Positions 48,717 to 58,693 are shown, counted from the stretch's first letter. The stretch is 64,000 bases of DNA from Candidatus Nitrospinota bacterium M3_3B_026 (GCA_051418015.1 JBPRGF010000014.1:63974-127973); one strand, 5' to 3'. Made by a program: numbers and translations. The notes: generated from the letters alone by a model not told the origin.

Positions 48717-49358
48717 ATGAAAAGCTGGAAACTTTTCGGGCGAAAGATTCGTGTGAGGGTTGTGACGCTGTTTTTCATCGGCGCCGCTGTCGCGCTTTCC
48801 GGCGCGGGAGCCGCGTCGGCGCAGGAGACGCCCAGGGGGAACGTGAACGTCCTGCTGGGGCAGAGAAACCTGAGCAGCGACTGGGACCCCGTGGATAAAC
48901 AGACGACGTTCGCCGTGGAGGTGGACTTCGCCTCCGCGGACTGGCCCGTGAACGTCATCTTCGGCATGGCCGGATCAGTGGCCGAAGAGGATACAACCGT
49001 CACCGTAACTGATGGATGGCGCCTTTATGACGTAAACGTGACCCTTGAGGGGAAGACGTCGGAGATATACGGCGGCGGGCGCAAATACTTCGACACCGGC
49101 TCGCCAATGGCGCCATACATCGGAGCCGGCCTGTCTTTCATAAAGGCCGAGCTTTCCGCTTCGGCGGGAGGATACAAGGTTTCCCTGGACGACACCTCCG
49201 CGGGCCTTTTTATCGACGGCGGCCTGGTTTACAGGGTCGGTTCGTTCAACATCGGCCTCGATCTGCGCCTGCTGACAGGGACATCGATGGAAGCGGCTGG
49301 CTACTCCACGGACGCCAACTATACCCAGGCCGCGCTGGTCATAGGGTACGGGTGGTAA
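48717..49358 (+). CDS. Small outer-membrane beta-barrel protein
   Basis: Signal peptide (ASA-Q), alternating beta strands, PYIGAG, terminal GYGW; SD GAGGAGG. Confidence 0.85.
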   Translation: MKSWKLFGRKIRVRVVTLFFIGAAVALSGAGAASAQETPRGNVNVLLGQRNLSSDWDPVDKQTTFAVEVDFASADWPVNVIFGMAGSVAEEDTTVTVTDGWRLYDVNVTLEGKTSEIYGGGRKYFDTGSPMAPYIGAGLSFIKAELSASAGGYKVSLDDTSAGLFIDGGLVYRVGSFNIGLDLRLLTGTSMEAAGYSTDANYTQAALVIGYGW

Positions 49359-49547
49359 GCCTGCCCCTCCCCATGGACGGGGAGGGCTGTTAAATTCGCG
49401 CCGCGCCCCCGGATTAGATGGGCTATGGGTGTCTTTTTTTCAATGGCGCAGACTGCGCCTCAAGCTTCGGACGGCGTTTTTTTCATCCGGGCGGAAAGGC
49501 TTGCTGAACCGCCGCGCGTAAGTATATGATGAATTACGTTGAGGTAT

Positions 49548-49624
49548 CGGGGCGTAGCGCAGCCTGGTAGCGCATCTGCTTTGGGAGCAGAGGGCCGGAG
49601 GTTCAAATCCTCTCGCCCCGACCA
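49548..49624 (+). tRNA. tRNA-Pro(TGG)
   Basis: Cloverleaf CGGGGCG...CGCCCCGACCA, anticodon TGG, GGTTCAAATCC T-arm. Confidence 0.95.
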
Positions 49625-49654
49625 ATATGGTCATCGGCCCGCCGTCTGGGAATT

Positions 49655-49730
<76 letters not shown>

Positions 49731-49830
49731 ACGCTGAAAGTTTAAAATAGCAAAAAAACGCGCGCTTAGCAATATGGCGCCGCGCTTTACGGAAGATCAC
49801 CGCAAGCTTATAACAAACCCCGGAACGGAT

Positions 49831-50523
49831 TCAGCGGCCACATGCGGGCACCCAGTTTCTCAGGGCTTTCAGAACCCGTTCCCGTTTCCTATCATTCGTC
49901 ATGAAGGGCCCCCGGCTTATCTCCAGCTGGACCCAGGGAAGCTCTCCTGAGTGGGAGCGGATTATGTGGCCCCCCTTGAAAGGATCGTCGATCCTGACTT
50001 CCGGCCCGAACTGGTCCCGGAAGCTTTCCGCCAGCGCCTTCACCCATTCCCATGGACAGGAGGCCCCCTCCGCGCAACTTATGCAGACCAGCGGCCGCGC
50101 CGCCCCTTCGTCCGGGCCCACGGGCGGGCCTTCGGCGGCCATGGTGTGGCAGTCCACCCCCGCCCTCGCCTTGGGCGCAAGCTCGCTCAAGCGCCGGTGA
50201 TAGGGCCTGTAATAGCGCGCGAGCAGCGTCTCTATCACATCCTCCGGCGGAGGATCCCCGTAGACGGGGACGCCCCAGCATGTGTGTGTTTTCACCACGC
50301 CGTCGGGTCCCCTGTCGTCCTCGGCGCGGTTCGGGTCCACGATCGCCCTGGCCACGTCAGTGGTAATGTAGGCCGCCACCTCATCCGCGATGTCATACAC
50401 CTCCCCCGCGCCCTCGTCCCCGTCGGCGATTATGTCCTCCGGCGAAAGCGAGGCGTAGCCTTGCGCTTCGGCCGGGATGGAGAGTCCGGCGTGGGGGACG
50501 GAGATGAGAAGAGGCAGCGTCAT
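49831..50523 (-). CDS. N-formylglutamate amidohydrolase family protein
   Basis: SVPHAG, ARAIVDPNR, YYRPYH, DCHTM, PFKGGHI, QLEISR. Confidence 0.88.
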   Translation of the reverse strand: MTLPLLISVPHAGLSIPAEAQGYASLSPEDIIADGDEGAGEVYDIADEVAAYITTDVARAIVDPNRAEDDRGPDGVVKTHTCWGVPVYGDPPPEDVIETLLARYYRPYHRRLSELAPKARAGVDCHTMAAEGPPVGPDEGAARPLVCISCAEGASCPWEWVKALAESFRDQFGPEVRIDDPFKGGHIIRSHSGELPWVQLEISRGPFMTNDRKRERVLKALRNWVPACGR

Positions 50524-52106
50524 CGCCGCGCCCCCCCGGCCGAGCCGTCCCGCCGCGGGTCGGCCACGGCGATGAACTTGGCGCCGTCGCGCATGACCAT
50601 CTGTACGCAGCCGAGGTAGAAGGAGTAAGGCTTGCGTATGTCTGTCTCGTACCCTTCCGCCTCCAGGGCGTCGATGATATCGCTTCGCATCCTGGTCGCC
50701 TCAAGGGAGACTTTGCCGTCCAGCGAGCAGCTCATCCTCGCCGCCGCTACGGCCTCCAGTGGGCTGTGTCCCGCCCTCAGCCGCAAAAGAACCTGCGCTA
50801 TGGCGGCGGCTATCCTCTCGCTTCCCGGCGAACCCAGGGCCAGCCACGGCTTCCGGCCGAGGAAGACGATGGTGGGCGCGACGCTGGCCCAGGGGACGGC
50901 GGCTGGGCGCAGATAGTGCGGATGCCTTATGTCCCCGTACTCGAAGGCGCTCATATAGTTGTTGTATAAAAAGCCAAGGCCCGGCGCGGCCTCGAAGGAG
51001 CCGTACACCCTCTCGATCGACTGGGTGAGCGCGACGACGTTGCCGAACCTGTCCATCACTGAAAGATGCGTGGTGTCCCCCCGCCTTTCTATCTCGTCCC
51101 GCACCTTGTCCGCCACGGTCTGGGCGTATTCCGTGCTCAGCATCTTCTTTGTGCGCCGTTGCGGATAATAGGTCGGGTCGAAGGGGCGGTCTTTCCTGTC
51201 GATCTGGCTTTGGCGGATGACCGCCGCCAGGGCGAGCGCGGCTTCGGGGGTGTCCGGGTCCCGGAGCCGCTCCGGCAGGCGGTCTAGTATGTTCAGCATC
51301 TCGATAAGGGGCCTGCCGGCGCCCGGGGGGGGGAACGTGATAACCTTCCACGCCCCGAACCTGCAGGAGATCGGCCTGCGTTCCACCGGCCATGGTATCT
51401 GGGCGAGGTCGTCCTTTCTTATCAACCCGCCATTTTCCACCATGTCCTCGTGGATGACCCTTGCTATCTTGCCGTGATAGAAGGAGCCGGGGCCGTTTTT
51501 TGAAAACCTTTTCAGGGTCTCCGCCAGGACCGGCTGCTTCAGGATCTCGCCCGCTGGGTAGGGCCGCCTGCCGTCCTTCAGGAAAAACCTGGCGGCGCTG
51601 GATTTTCTGAGTTTTTTCAACTCCCGCTTTGTCAGCCTGTTCATCAGCGATGAGACCTCGAACCCCTCCTCGGCGAACCTTATCGCCGGAGCGAGGACCT
51701 GCCTTCTTTTCAGTTTCCCGAAGCTCCTGCGGGCGTATTCCAGGACGGCGGGTGTGCTGGGGACGGTGGTGGCGCCATGGCCGCGCAAAAGGTCTTTTTT
51801 CAAGTACTCGCCGGGTATCACGCGATGAGGCGCCCTGGAAGAGCCGTCGAGGGCGATGGTCTTGCGTGAGTTGGCGGTGTATATCATCATCATGGTTTGC
51901 CCCCCCAGGCCGGAGGCGAACGGCTCGACGACGCCGAGGGCGTAGGCGGCCGCCACCGCCGCGTCCACCGCGAGTCCGCCCATCTCGAGGATCTCCACCG
52001 CCGCCTCGGTAGCCCTGTAGTGGGCCGTGGCGGCCGCGCCGTGGCGGGAGGCCGCTATCCGTTGCGGCTCCACGGGACGGGCAGCGGCGAAGCCGCGCTC
52101 AATCAT
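50520..52106 (-). CDS. ggt: Gamma-glutamyltransferase family Ntn-hydrolase
   Basis: AVDAAVA...VVEPFASGLGG, DTTHLSV (autoprocessing Thr), GSPGSERI, DPRRDG. Confidence 0.9.
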   Translation of the reverse strand: MIERGFAAARPVEPQRIAASRHGAAATAHYRATEAAVEILEMGGLAVDAAVAAAYALGVVEPFASGLGGQTMMMIYTANSRKTIALDGSSRAPHRVIPGEYLKKDLLRGHGATTVPSTPAVLEYARRSFGKLKRRQVLAPAIRFAEEGFEVSSLMNRLTKRELKKLRKSSAARFFLKDGRRPYPAGEILKQPVLAETLKRFSKNGPGSFYHGKIARVIHEDMVENGGLIRKDDLAQIPWPVERRPISCRFGAWKVITFPPPGAGRPLIEMLNILDRLPERLRDPDTPEAALALAAVIRQSQIDRKDRPFDPTYYPQRRTKKMLSTEYAQTVADKVRDEIERRGDTTHLSVMDRFGNVVALTQSIERVYGSFEAAPGLGFLYNNYMSAFEYGDIRHPHYLRPAAVPWASVAPTIVFLGRKPWLALGSPGSERIAAAIAQVLLRLRAGHSPLEAVAAARMSCSLDGKVSLEATRMRSDIIDALEAEGYETDIRKPYSFYLGCVQMVMRDGAKFIAVADPRRDGSAGGARR

Positions 52107-52108
52107 TT

Positions 52109-54298
52109 TCAGCCGGAAGCGGTTTTGCGGGATTTGCCACGCTTTTTCTCCTCCACTATCTCCCCGGCCAGAAACTGCGCCAGAAGAAGCGTCCGCTGGA
52201 TGAGGCTTATCCTTTGTACCGCCTCCTGTGCGGTGTAGACGTCCCGGGCCACGGGGCCCGCGCCGCAGACCACGGAAGCGCCCTCCGGCGCAAGACCCGC
52301 CACAGATGGCCACACCGAAGACTCGTAGTCGAGCGGGATGTCCCAGCGCGATGCTATGCCTTTCAGCTTTCTGGCGAGGCGGAGGGTACCCTGTTTTTTT
52401 TGCATCGGCGGCCTGTCGGATACGACGGAAAGCTCCAGGCGCAGGCCGGTGTTGACAAGGATCGATCTGATCTTCTTCTCGGTCCTGTCGGCCGTCCTGA
52501 CATCCGGGTAGGAGGCCAGGATCGAGACCCATGCCTTGTGCGGCAGCATCATCGGAAAGCCGTCCACCCTGATGTCCACGGGGGAAACGGCAAGGCGCTC
52601 CTTGCGCGAGGAGATGGCGGAAAGCTTCTTCATCGTGGAAAATATCCAGGAAAGAGGCTCCGGCTCTTTGGAGAGTTTGCCGAGGGGCTGCGGCTTGCCC
52701 TCGACCAGGAGACGGTATCGGCGCTGCCCCCTGCGCTGGGTCACCAGCCGGCCCCCGGGATTGGCCGGGCGCAGAACAATCGTCCGGCCCGCGCGGGCCA
52801 TGGCGCCGGATATCGTCCCGGCGCTGTACCTGCAGCCGCTCCCTTCGTCGGTGTAGAAAAGAACGCCAAGGGGAACGCGGCGCAGGAGACGATGCGCCCG
52901 GAGCGACCTTAAGGCGTACTCCATCATGACCAGCGGCGCGCGGGAGCAGCCCACGCCCTCGCCGTAGAGCCATTCCGGATCAACGCGGAACCTTTCCGCG
53001 GGGGTGGAAGGGTCCAGGGGGACGTCCAGGTGGGCCACAAGCAGGATTCCTCCCTCGAAGCCCTTCTTTGTCTCCCAGGCCCACGTGGCCCTTTTCTCGC
53101 TAAGTTCCCTGACGGGCGTCATGCCCATCTCATCGAAAAAATCGCCGAGCCGTTTCACCACCGCCTCGATCCCCACCGGGTCCGCCGTCCTGCTCGACAC
53201 CCCCACCCACCGGCCAAGGCTTTTTTCTATCTGGTCCCGCCTTTGCGTGAGGTAGCCAAGGACAAGGCTCTCCGGCTCCTTTTTCTCCACCGCGACGGGG
53301 GTGGGGCTGGGCGTGCCGAAATACCTGGCGCTGGCCACCTCGATGAGCCGTTTTACGAGGGCGTCGTAGTCCAGCCCGTCGTGCTCCGCCGCGGCGGTGT
53401 AAGATCCGTGCTCGCCCAGGCTGGGGAGACTGTTCACCTCCAGTATGTAAATGTTCCCCGCGGCGTCGATGCGCATGTCCACCCTGGCGCAGTCGTAACA
53501 GCCGAGGGCGGAGAAGGCGCGCAACGCCAGCTCTTTCGCCTCCGAGGCGGTCTGGGGGCTTATCCTGGCGGGGCATACGGGGTGTATCTCCCTGCCGGAC
53601 CTTTTGGTCTTGTCCTCGTATGTATAGATGGGGGGGCCGCTGGAGCCGAAGTCTATCTCCGCCGGGGTCAGGGCCTCCGGCGGGTCGTTGCCTATGAGCC
53701 CCACGTTTATCTCCTTGCCCTCGATGAACCTCTCCACGAGGGCGGGCTGGTGGAACTCCCTGAATATGTAGTCCGCGGCCTCCCTTAGCTCTTCTTCATT
53801 TTCCACTATGGTAAGCCCCATGGAGACGGCCTCGTTCTTTGCTTTCACTATCAGGGGATATTCAAGCTCCGGCTGCTCGAAACCTGGGCCGTAGAGCACG
53901 GCGAAATCCGGTGTGGGCAGGCCGCTCTGGCGGAAGATCATCTTCGCCACAACTTTGTCGAGGGCCAGCGAGTGGGCCAGGGGGCCGGAGCCGACGTAGG
54001 GGATCCCCACCATCTCCAGGATGCTTGGCACGTGTGTGTACCGGGCCTGGCCCTGGATGCCGTACGACAGGTTGAAGACCATGCCCGGCCGCTCCCCCTT
54101 AAGCGCGCTGGGCATGAAGCTTTGCAGCTTGTCTATCAGGTCCTTGTCGCCCTCGAGGGCCACCGTCTTGTATCCCCCCTTTTTCAGGGCGTCCATTATG
54201 CGCCGGATCGTCCTGAGGCCGTAGCGCTCCCTGTTCGGCGTTCCGAACAGGTTTATCACGTTCCTGCTCTCCCGGTTATAAACGACGGCTATCTTCAT
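52109..54298 (-). CDS. D-Ala-D-Ala-ligase-like ATP-grasp enzyme fused to an M20 peptidase-like domain
   Basis: GIPYVGSGP..ALDK, ERFIEGKE, ARVDMR, ILEVNSLP; C-half has AHLDV and an M20 dimerisation-like region. Confidence 0.85.
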   Translation of the reverse strand: MKIAVVYNRESRNVINLFGTPNRERYGLRTIRRIMDALKKGGYKTVALEGDKDLIDKLQSFMPSALKGERPGMVFNLSYGIQGQARYTHVPSILEMVGIPYVGSGPLAHSLALDKVVAKMIFRQSGLPTPDFAVLYGPGFEQPELEYPLIVKAKNEAVSMGLTIVENEEELREAADYIFREFHQPALVERFIEGKEINVGLIGNDPPEALTPAEIDFGSSGPPIYTYEDKTKRSGREIHPVCPARISPQTASEAKELALRAFSALGCYDCARVDMRIDAAGNIYILEVNSLPSLGEHGSYTAAAEHDGLDYDALVKRLIEVASARYFGTPSPTPVAVEKKEPESLVLGYLTQRRDQIEKSLGRWVGVSSRTADPVGIEAVVKRLGDFFDEMGMTPVRELSEKRATWAWETKKGFEGGILLVAHLDVPLDPSTPAERFRVDPEWLYGEGVGCSRAPLVMMEYALRSLRAHRLLRRVPLGVLFYTDEGSGCRYSAGTISGAMARAGRTIVLRPANPGGRLVTQRRGQRRYRLLVEGKPQPLGKLSKEPEPLSWIFSTMKKLSAISSRKERLAVSPVDIRVDGFPMMLPHKAWVSILASYPDVRTADRTEKKIRSILVNTGLRLELSVVSDRPPMQKKQGTLRLARKLKGIASRWDIPLDYESSVWPSVAGLAPEGASVVCGAGPVARDVYTAQEAVQRISLIQRTLLLAQFLAGEIVEEKKRGKSRKTASG

Positions 54299-54452
54299 CG
54301 CTCCCTCATCGGTTTTGAGGCCGCGGGGCCTGGAGCGCCCCTCCGGGATATTCTAACCGCCAAACATGGCGGGGAAAACGAAAGAAAACGCGGGGCGGGG
54401 GGCGGAGGCTCAAGGCGCTGACATGGCCGGCCGGTCTGTCTCAGTCCCACGT

Positions 54453-54533
54453 TGTCATTCTGAGGCGAAGGCGAAGAATCCCGCCACCTCCGGCATGGCC
54501 GCGCGGGATACTGCGCTGGCGCTCAGCATGACA
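54453..54533. repeat. REP/MITE-like palindromic element (copy 3)
   Basis: TGTCATTCTGAGGCGAAGGCGAAGAATCCCG...CGGGATAC...GCTCAGCATGACA. Confidence 0.7.
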
Positions 54534-54573
54534 TTATCGAAGCGTCACGCTCGATTCGATGATGTCGCTCTTC

Positions 54574-55854
54574 TCAAAGGCCTTTCAGGGATTCTTCCGC
54601 GGCCTCGAGTGTTTTGTCTATGTCGCCTTCCGTGTGGGCGAGCGACATGAACCCGGCCTCGAACTGGGACGGGGCGAGGTAGACTCCCCGCTCCAGCATG
54701 GCGCGGAAGAACTTTCCGAACTTTTCGGTGTCGGAGGTCTTCGCCGTCTTGTAGTCATAGACCTCCGGCTCGCCGGTGAAGAAGGTGATGAACATCGCCC
54801 CGGCGCGGTTGTGTACGGATGGTGTTTTCAGCCTGTCAGTGATCTCCTTCAACCCTTCGCCGAGCTTTGCGGAAAGCTCCTCCAGCCTCTCGTAGACACC
54901 GTCTTCCTTCAGGATTTTAAGCGTCTCGATCCCCGCCGCCATGGCCAACGGGTTGCCGGAGAGTGTCCCCGCCTGGTAGACGGGCCCCGACGGGGCGACT
55001 TTTTCCATGATCTCCCGCCTGCCCCCGTAGGCGCCGACGGGCAGCCCGCCGCCTATGACCTTGCCCAGCGTCGTAAGGTCCGGCGTGACGCCGTAGCGCT
55101 CCTGGGCGCCCCCGTAGGCCACGCGGAAACCGGTCATCACCTCGTCGAAGATGAGCACCACGCCATACCTGTCACAAAGCTTGCGCAGTCCCTCCAAGTA
55201 GCCCGGCTTGGGCGGTATACAACCCATGTTGCCGACTATGGGCTCGAGTATCACGCAGGCGATGTTGTCCCCCTCGGCGGAAAGCTCCCGCTCCACCGCG
55301 TCAAGGTCGTTGAAGGGGAGCGAGCGGGTGAGGTTGGCCAGCGCCGCGGGGACGCCGGGCGAGTTCGGCAGACCGAGCGTCTCCACCCCCGAGCCGGCCT
55401 GTACAAGCAGAGAGTCCGGACAGCCGTGATAGCATCCGTCGAACTTTATTATCCCGTCGCGCCCCGTGAATCCGCGCGCCAGGCGGATGGCGCTCATGGT
55501 GGCCTCCGTGCCGGAGTTTACCATCCTGACCATCTCGATCGACGGAACGGCGTCCACTACCATCCGGGCCATCTCCACCTCCAGCTCCGTCGGCGCGCCG
55601 AAGGACGATCCGTTCTCCAGGGCTTTTCTGACCGCCTCGGTGACCCGCGGGTTGGCGTGGCCCGCGATCATCGGGCCCCAGGAGCCGACGTAGTCGATGT
55701 ATTCGTTCCCGTCGACATCGAATATTTTCGAGCCGGCGGCCTTTTTTATGAAAGGCGGCTCGGCGCCCACGGCGCTGAAGGCCCGGACGGGGCTGTTCAC
55801 TCCGCCGGGGATTATCTTTTTGGCTCTCTCGAAAAGCTCGGAAGACTCGCTCAT
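54574..55854 (-). CDS. hemL: Glutamate-1-semialdehyde 2,1-aminomutase
   Basis: [46 protein letters not shown]. Confidence 0.97.
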   Translation of the reverse strand: MSESSELFERAKKIIPGGVNSPVRAFSAVGAEPPFIKKAAGSKIFDVDGNEYIDYVGSWGPMIAGHANPRVTEAVRKALENGSSFGAPTELEVEMARMVVDAVPSIEMVRMVNSGTEATMSAIRLARGFTGRDGIIKFDGCYHGCPDSLLVQAGSGVETLGLPNSPGVPAALANLTRSLPFNDLDAVERELSAEGDNIACVILEPIVGNMGCIPPKPGYLEGLRKLCDRYGVVLIFDEVMTGFRVAYGGAQERYGVTPDLTTLGKVIGGGLPVGAYGGRREIMEKVAPSGPVYQAGTLSGNPLAMAAGIETLKILKEDGVYERLEELSAKLGEGLKEITDRLKTPSVHNRAGAMFITFFTGEPEVYDYKTAKTSDTEKFGKFFRAMLERGVYLAPSQFEAGFMSLAHTEGDIDKTLEAAEESLKGL

Positions 55855-55868
55855 CTGAAAAATCCTTG

Positions 55869-56717
55869 CTAAATGTATTTCCCGATGATTATGTCCAGGT
55901 CCTTTTTCGTCTTGTCCGGGATCATCTCGGGCTTGGTGATGATCCCATATTGAAGCGCGCTGGCGCAGTGGCAGTCTCTTTCCCCCTTGATTTCCGGGAC
56001 GGCGGCCTTTATGGCGGCCTTGGAGTTTTCTATGTTCGAGGCCATGGTCTTGAGCACCTGTTCTATGGTGACGTCCTCCTCGCTCCAGCAGTCGTAGTCC
56101 GTCGCCAGGGCCAGGGTGGCGTAGCAAACTTCCGCCTCGCGGGCGAGCTTGGCCTCCTGCAGGTTCGTCATGCCTATGACGTCGGCGCCCCAGGAACGGT
56201 ACAGGTTCGACTCCGCCCTGGTGGAAAACTGCGGCCCCTCCATGCAGATGTATGTCCCGCCCTTGTGTGAGGCCCAGCCAATCTTGCGCGTGGCCTCGTA
56301 GAGAACGTCGCTCAGGTAGGGGCAGACAGGGTCGGCGAAGGTGATGTGGGCCACGATTCCGTCGCCGAAAAAGGTCCCCGTCCGCGTCCCCCGGGTCCTG
56401 TCTATGAACTGGTCGATGACCACCGCGTGGCCCGGTTCTATCTCCTCCTTCAGCGAGCCGACGGCGGAGACGGATATGATCCTGTCCACGCCGAGCTTTT
56501 TCATGGCCCAGACGTTGGCGCGGAAGTTAAGCTCCGACGGCAGTATCCTGTGGCCCCGGCCGTGGCGCGGCAGGAAAGCCATCTCCACGCCGCCGAGTTC
56601 GCCCAGGACAAGCTCGTCAGAAGGGTCGCCGAAGGGGGTGGGGACCTTTTCCGTCCTCACGTTGGCGAGCCCCTCCATCTCGTACAGGCCGCTTCCGCCT
56701 ATAACCCCGATGGTCAT
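55869..56717 (-). CDS. mtnP: S-methyl-5'-thioadenosine phosphorylase
   Basis: [39 protein letters not shown]. Confidence 0.95.
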   Translation of the reverse strand: MTIGVIGGSGLYEMEGLANVRTEKVPTPFGDPSDELVLGELGGVEMAFLPRHGRGHRILPSELNFRANVWAMKKLGVDRIISVSAVGSLKEEIEPGHAVVIDQFIDRTRGTRTGTFFGDGIVAHITFADPVCPYLSDVLYEATRKIGWASHKGGTYICMEGPQFSTRAESNLYRSWGADVIGMTNLQEAKLAREAEVCYATLALATDYDCWSEEDVTIEQVLKTMASNIENSKAAIKAAVPEIKGERDCHCASALQYGIITKPEMIPDKTKKDLDIIIGKYI

Positions 56718-56860
56718 CTTTCGCTTTCTCCGTGTCAGCCGTTTCAGTTTGAAGTGAGTAACTATCGCATATCAGGAAAACTCGTTCAAGATGGCCTTCC
56801 GCCAGCGGGCAGCGGGTTGATTTGAAAAAATCAAGGCCCTTCACTTCACGGGTGTTTCGT

Positions 56861-56996
56861 TCAGGACGGCAAAGCGTGACAGCGCCACCCGCTCGCGCCG
56901 TCCTGAGCCGCCAGGCGAAGAGCCTTGCCTTTTGGGGAAAAATCAGACTGACCCACCGCCAGTGGCTTTTGTTGAAAGCTTTGCCGTAAATGGGCT
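56861..56996 (-). other. Candidate structured leader RNA upstream of mtnP
   Basis: GCCCA...TGGGT closing stem with an internal GCC-ACT-GGC hairpin and A-rich linker, followed by a 10-bp perfect stem (56861-56906). Confidence 0.35.
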
Positions 56997-57048
56997 AATA
57001 TACAAAATTCTTTTGTTAAACCGTTGTCTTGGTTTTAAGTCTGGTAGG

Positions 57049-58140
57049 ATGGAGAAGAGCAAAGGCAAGGGGCCGCGCATAGCCCCCACCGGCATAAAGA
57101 AGGGCATGGGCGTCGACGAGTTGATAGACGCCCACTTCAACGCCTACAACGCCGCCAGGCTCTCCGAGGCGTGCCGCCTGCTGGAGCGGAAGATCCTCAA
57201 GAAGGACGTGGTCGTGGGCATGTCGCTGTCCGGCGCCCTCACGCCGGCGGGCCTCGGCGCGTCGGCCATCGTCCAGTGGATAGAAAAGGGTTGGGTGGAT
57301 TACATCGTGTCCACGGGGGCGAACCTTTACCATGACATGCATTTTGGCCTGAACCTGCCGTTGCACAAGTCCACCCCATTCCAGAACGACGTGGAGCTGA
57401 GGGAAGGCCGCGTTGTGCGGATATACGACATCGTGATGGACCTCGACGTGCTCCTTCGCACCGACAAGTACGTCTACAACATCCTGGAGGCGCCGGAGTT
57501 CAAAAGGAAGATGGGCTCCGCGGAGCTTCACTACCTGATCGGCAAGTACGTGGACGGGACGGAGAAGAAGACGGGGATGGAAGGCGGTACGATACTGGGC
57601 GCGGCGTACCGGAACGCGGTTCCGATATTCTGCCCCTCGCCGGGCGACTCCACCATCGGGCTGAACGCCGCGGCCTTGTCTTTCGTTAGCCCCGGCCTGG
57701 AGATCGACCCCATACAAGATGTCAATGATTCCACCGCCATAGCCATGATGGCCAAGACGCGCATGAAAAGCGGCGTGGTGATCTTCGGCGGGGGAAGCCC
57801 GAAGAACTTCATTCTCCAGACCATCCCCCAACTCGACGAGGTGATGGAGATACACGTGAAAGGGCACGACTATTTCATACAGATAACCGACGCGAGGCCG
57901 GACACGGGCGGTCTCTCTGGCGCCACGCCGCAGGAGGCTGTGAGCTGGGGGAAAGTGGACCCGGACATGGTCCCGGACTCGGTCGTGGGTTATATGGACA
58001 GCTCCATAGCCATGCCGCTGATGACGGCGTATATACTGAACAGGGCCGAGCCCAGGCCGCCCCGCAGGCTTTACGACAGGCGGGAGGAGCTTTTCAGGGA
58101 GTTGGAGGCAAAGTACGCGAGCGTGCGGTCGCTGCCGTAG
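57049..58140 (+). CDS. Deoxyhypusine synthase-like protein (homospermidine synthase, SpeY-like)
   Basis: SGALTPAG, STGANLYHD, GGGSPKNF, DTGGLSGATPQEAVSWGK. Confidence 0.9.
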   Translation: MEKSKGKGPRIAPTGIKKGMGVDELIDAHFNAYNAARLSEACRLLERKILKKDVVVGMSLSGALTPAGLGASAIVQWIEKGWVDYIVSTGANLYHDMHFGLNLPLHKSTPFQNDVELREGRVVRIYDIVMDLDVLLRTDKYVYNILEAPEFKRKMGSAELHYLIGKYVDGTEKKTGMEGGTILGAAYRNAVPIFCPSPGDSTIGLNAAALSFVSPGLEIDPIQDVNDSTAIAMMAKTRMKSGVVIFGGGSPKNFILQTIPQLDEVMEIHVKGHDYFIQITDARPDTGGLSGATPQEAVSWGKVDPDMVPDSVVGYMDSSIAMPLMTAYILNRAEPRPPRRLYDRREELFRELEAKYASVRSLP

Positions 58141-58177
58141 CGGCAGGCGGCGAGCGGCCCGGAGCGTGAGAGACAAA

Positions 58178-58693
58178 ATGAGCCTTTCGAGAAAGCTTTC
58201 GGCGGCCTTGGCGCTTTTCGCCCTCGCCGCGGCGTCATGTCAGGACCACCACTTCGTCCCATACGAGCAGATGGGGCCCCTGCCGGAGCCTGAGCCCGGG
58301 CAGAGCGCCCGCCCCGCCCCGCAGGCCACGGCGGCTCCGGCGCCCGCGTTCGAGGGCCTCATCGCCTCCGGCAGGGTCGTTTTGTCCCCGGAGATACAAG
58401 ATATCGCCGAGGACTGGACTCTCTACGTCGTAGTCCGGGGCGCGCGGGGCGGCCCCGCGCTGGCGGCTGTGAGACTGGACAACGTGAAATTTCCCGCGTC
58501 GTTCGAGATCACCGGCGAGAACGTCATGATGGGGACGCCTGAGCCGGGGATGGAAATCTCCGTGGAAGCCATATACGACTCCGACGGCGATCCGATCAGC
58601 AAAAGCGATATCGACCTTTACGGGAGAGCGGAGCAGACCGTTCCCATTGGCGCCGAGGGCGTCATGGTCACTCTGGGGAGGCGGACGGGCTGA
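58178..58693 (+). CDS. Lipoprotein with a CcmI/CycH C-terminal Ig-like domain
   Basis: Lipobox AASC, Pro-rich linker, SGRVVLSP...LYVVVRG..GGPALAAVR...FP..F...M pattern. Confidence 0.6.
   Translation: MSLSRKLSAALALFALAAASCQDHHFVPYEQMGPLPEPEPGQSARPAPQATAAPAPAFEGLIASGRVVLSPEIQDIAEDWTLYVVVRGARGGPALAAVRLDNVKFPASFEITGENVMMGTPEPGMEISVEAIYDSDGDPISKSDIDLYGRAEQTVPIGAEGVMVTLGRRTG

Noticed and set aside
50520..52973. 817-aa version of the GGT ORF and other extended ORF-track starts (trpC, hemL, maf, amrS)
   Set aside because: The extensions overlap upstream genes in another frame; family homology starts at the downstream starts reported.
56940..57000. c-di-GMP-I or SAM-I riboswitch upstream of mtnP
   Set aside because: It lacks the GNRA/receptor architecture of c-di-GMP-I and the AUC...GAU core of SAM-I; kept only as an unassigned candidate motif.
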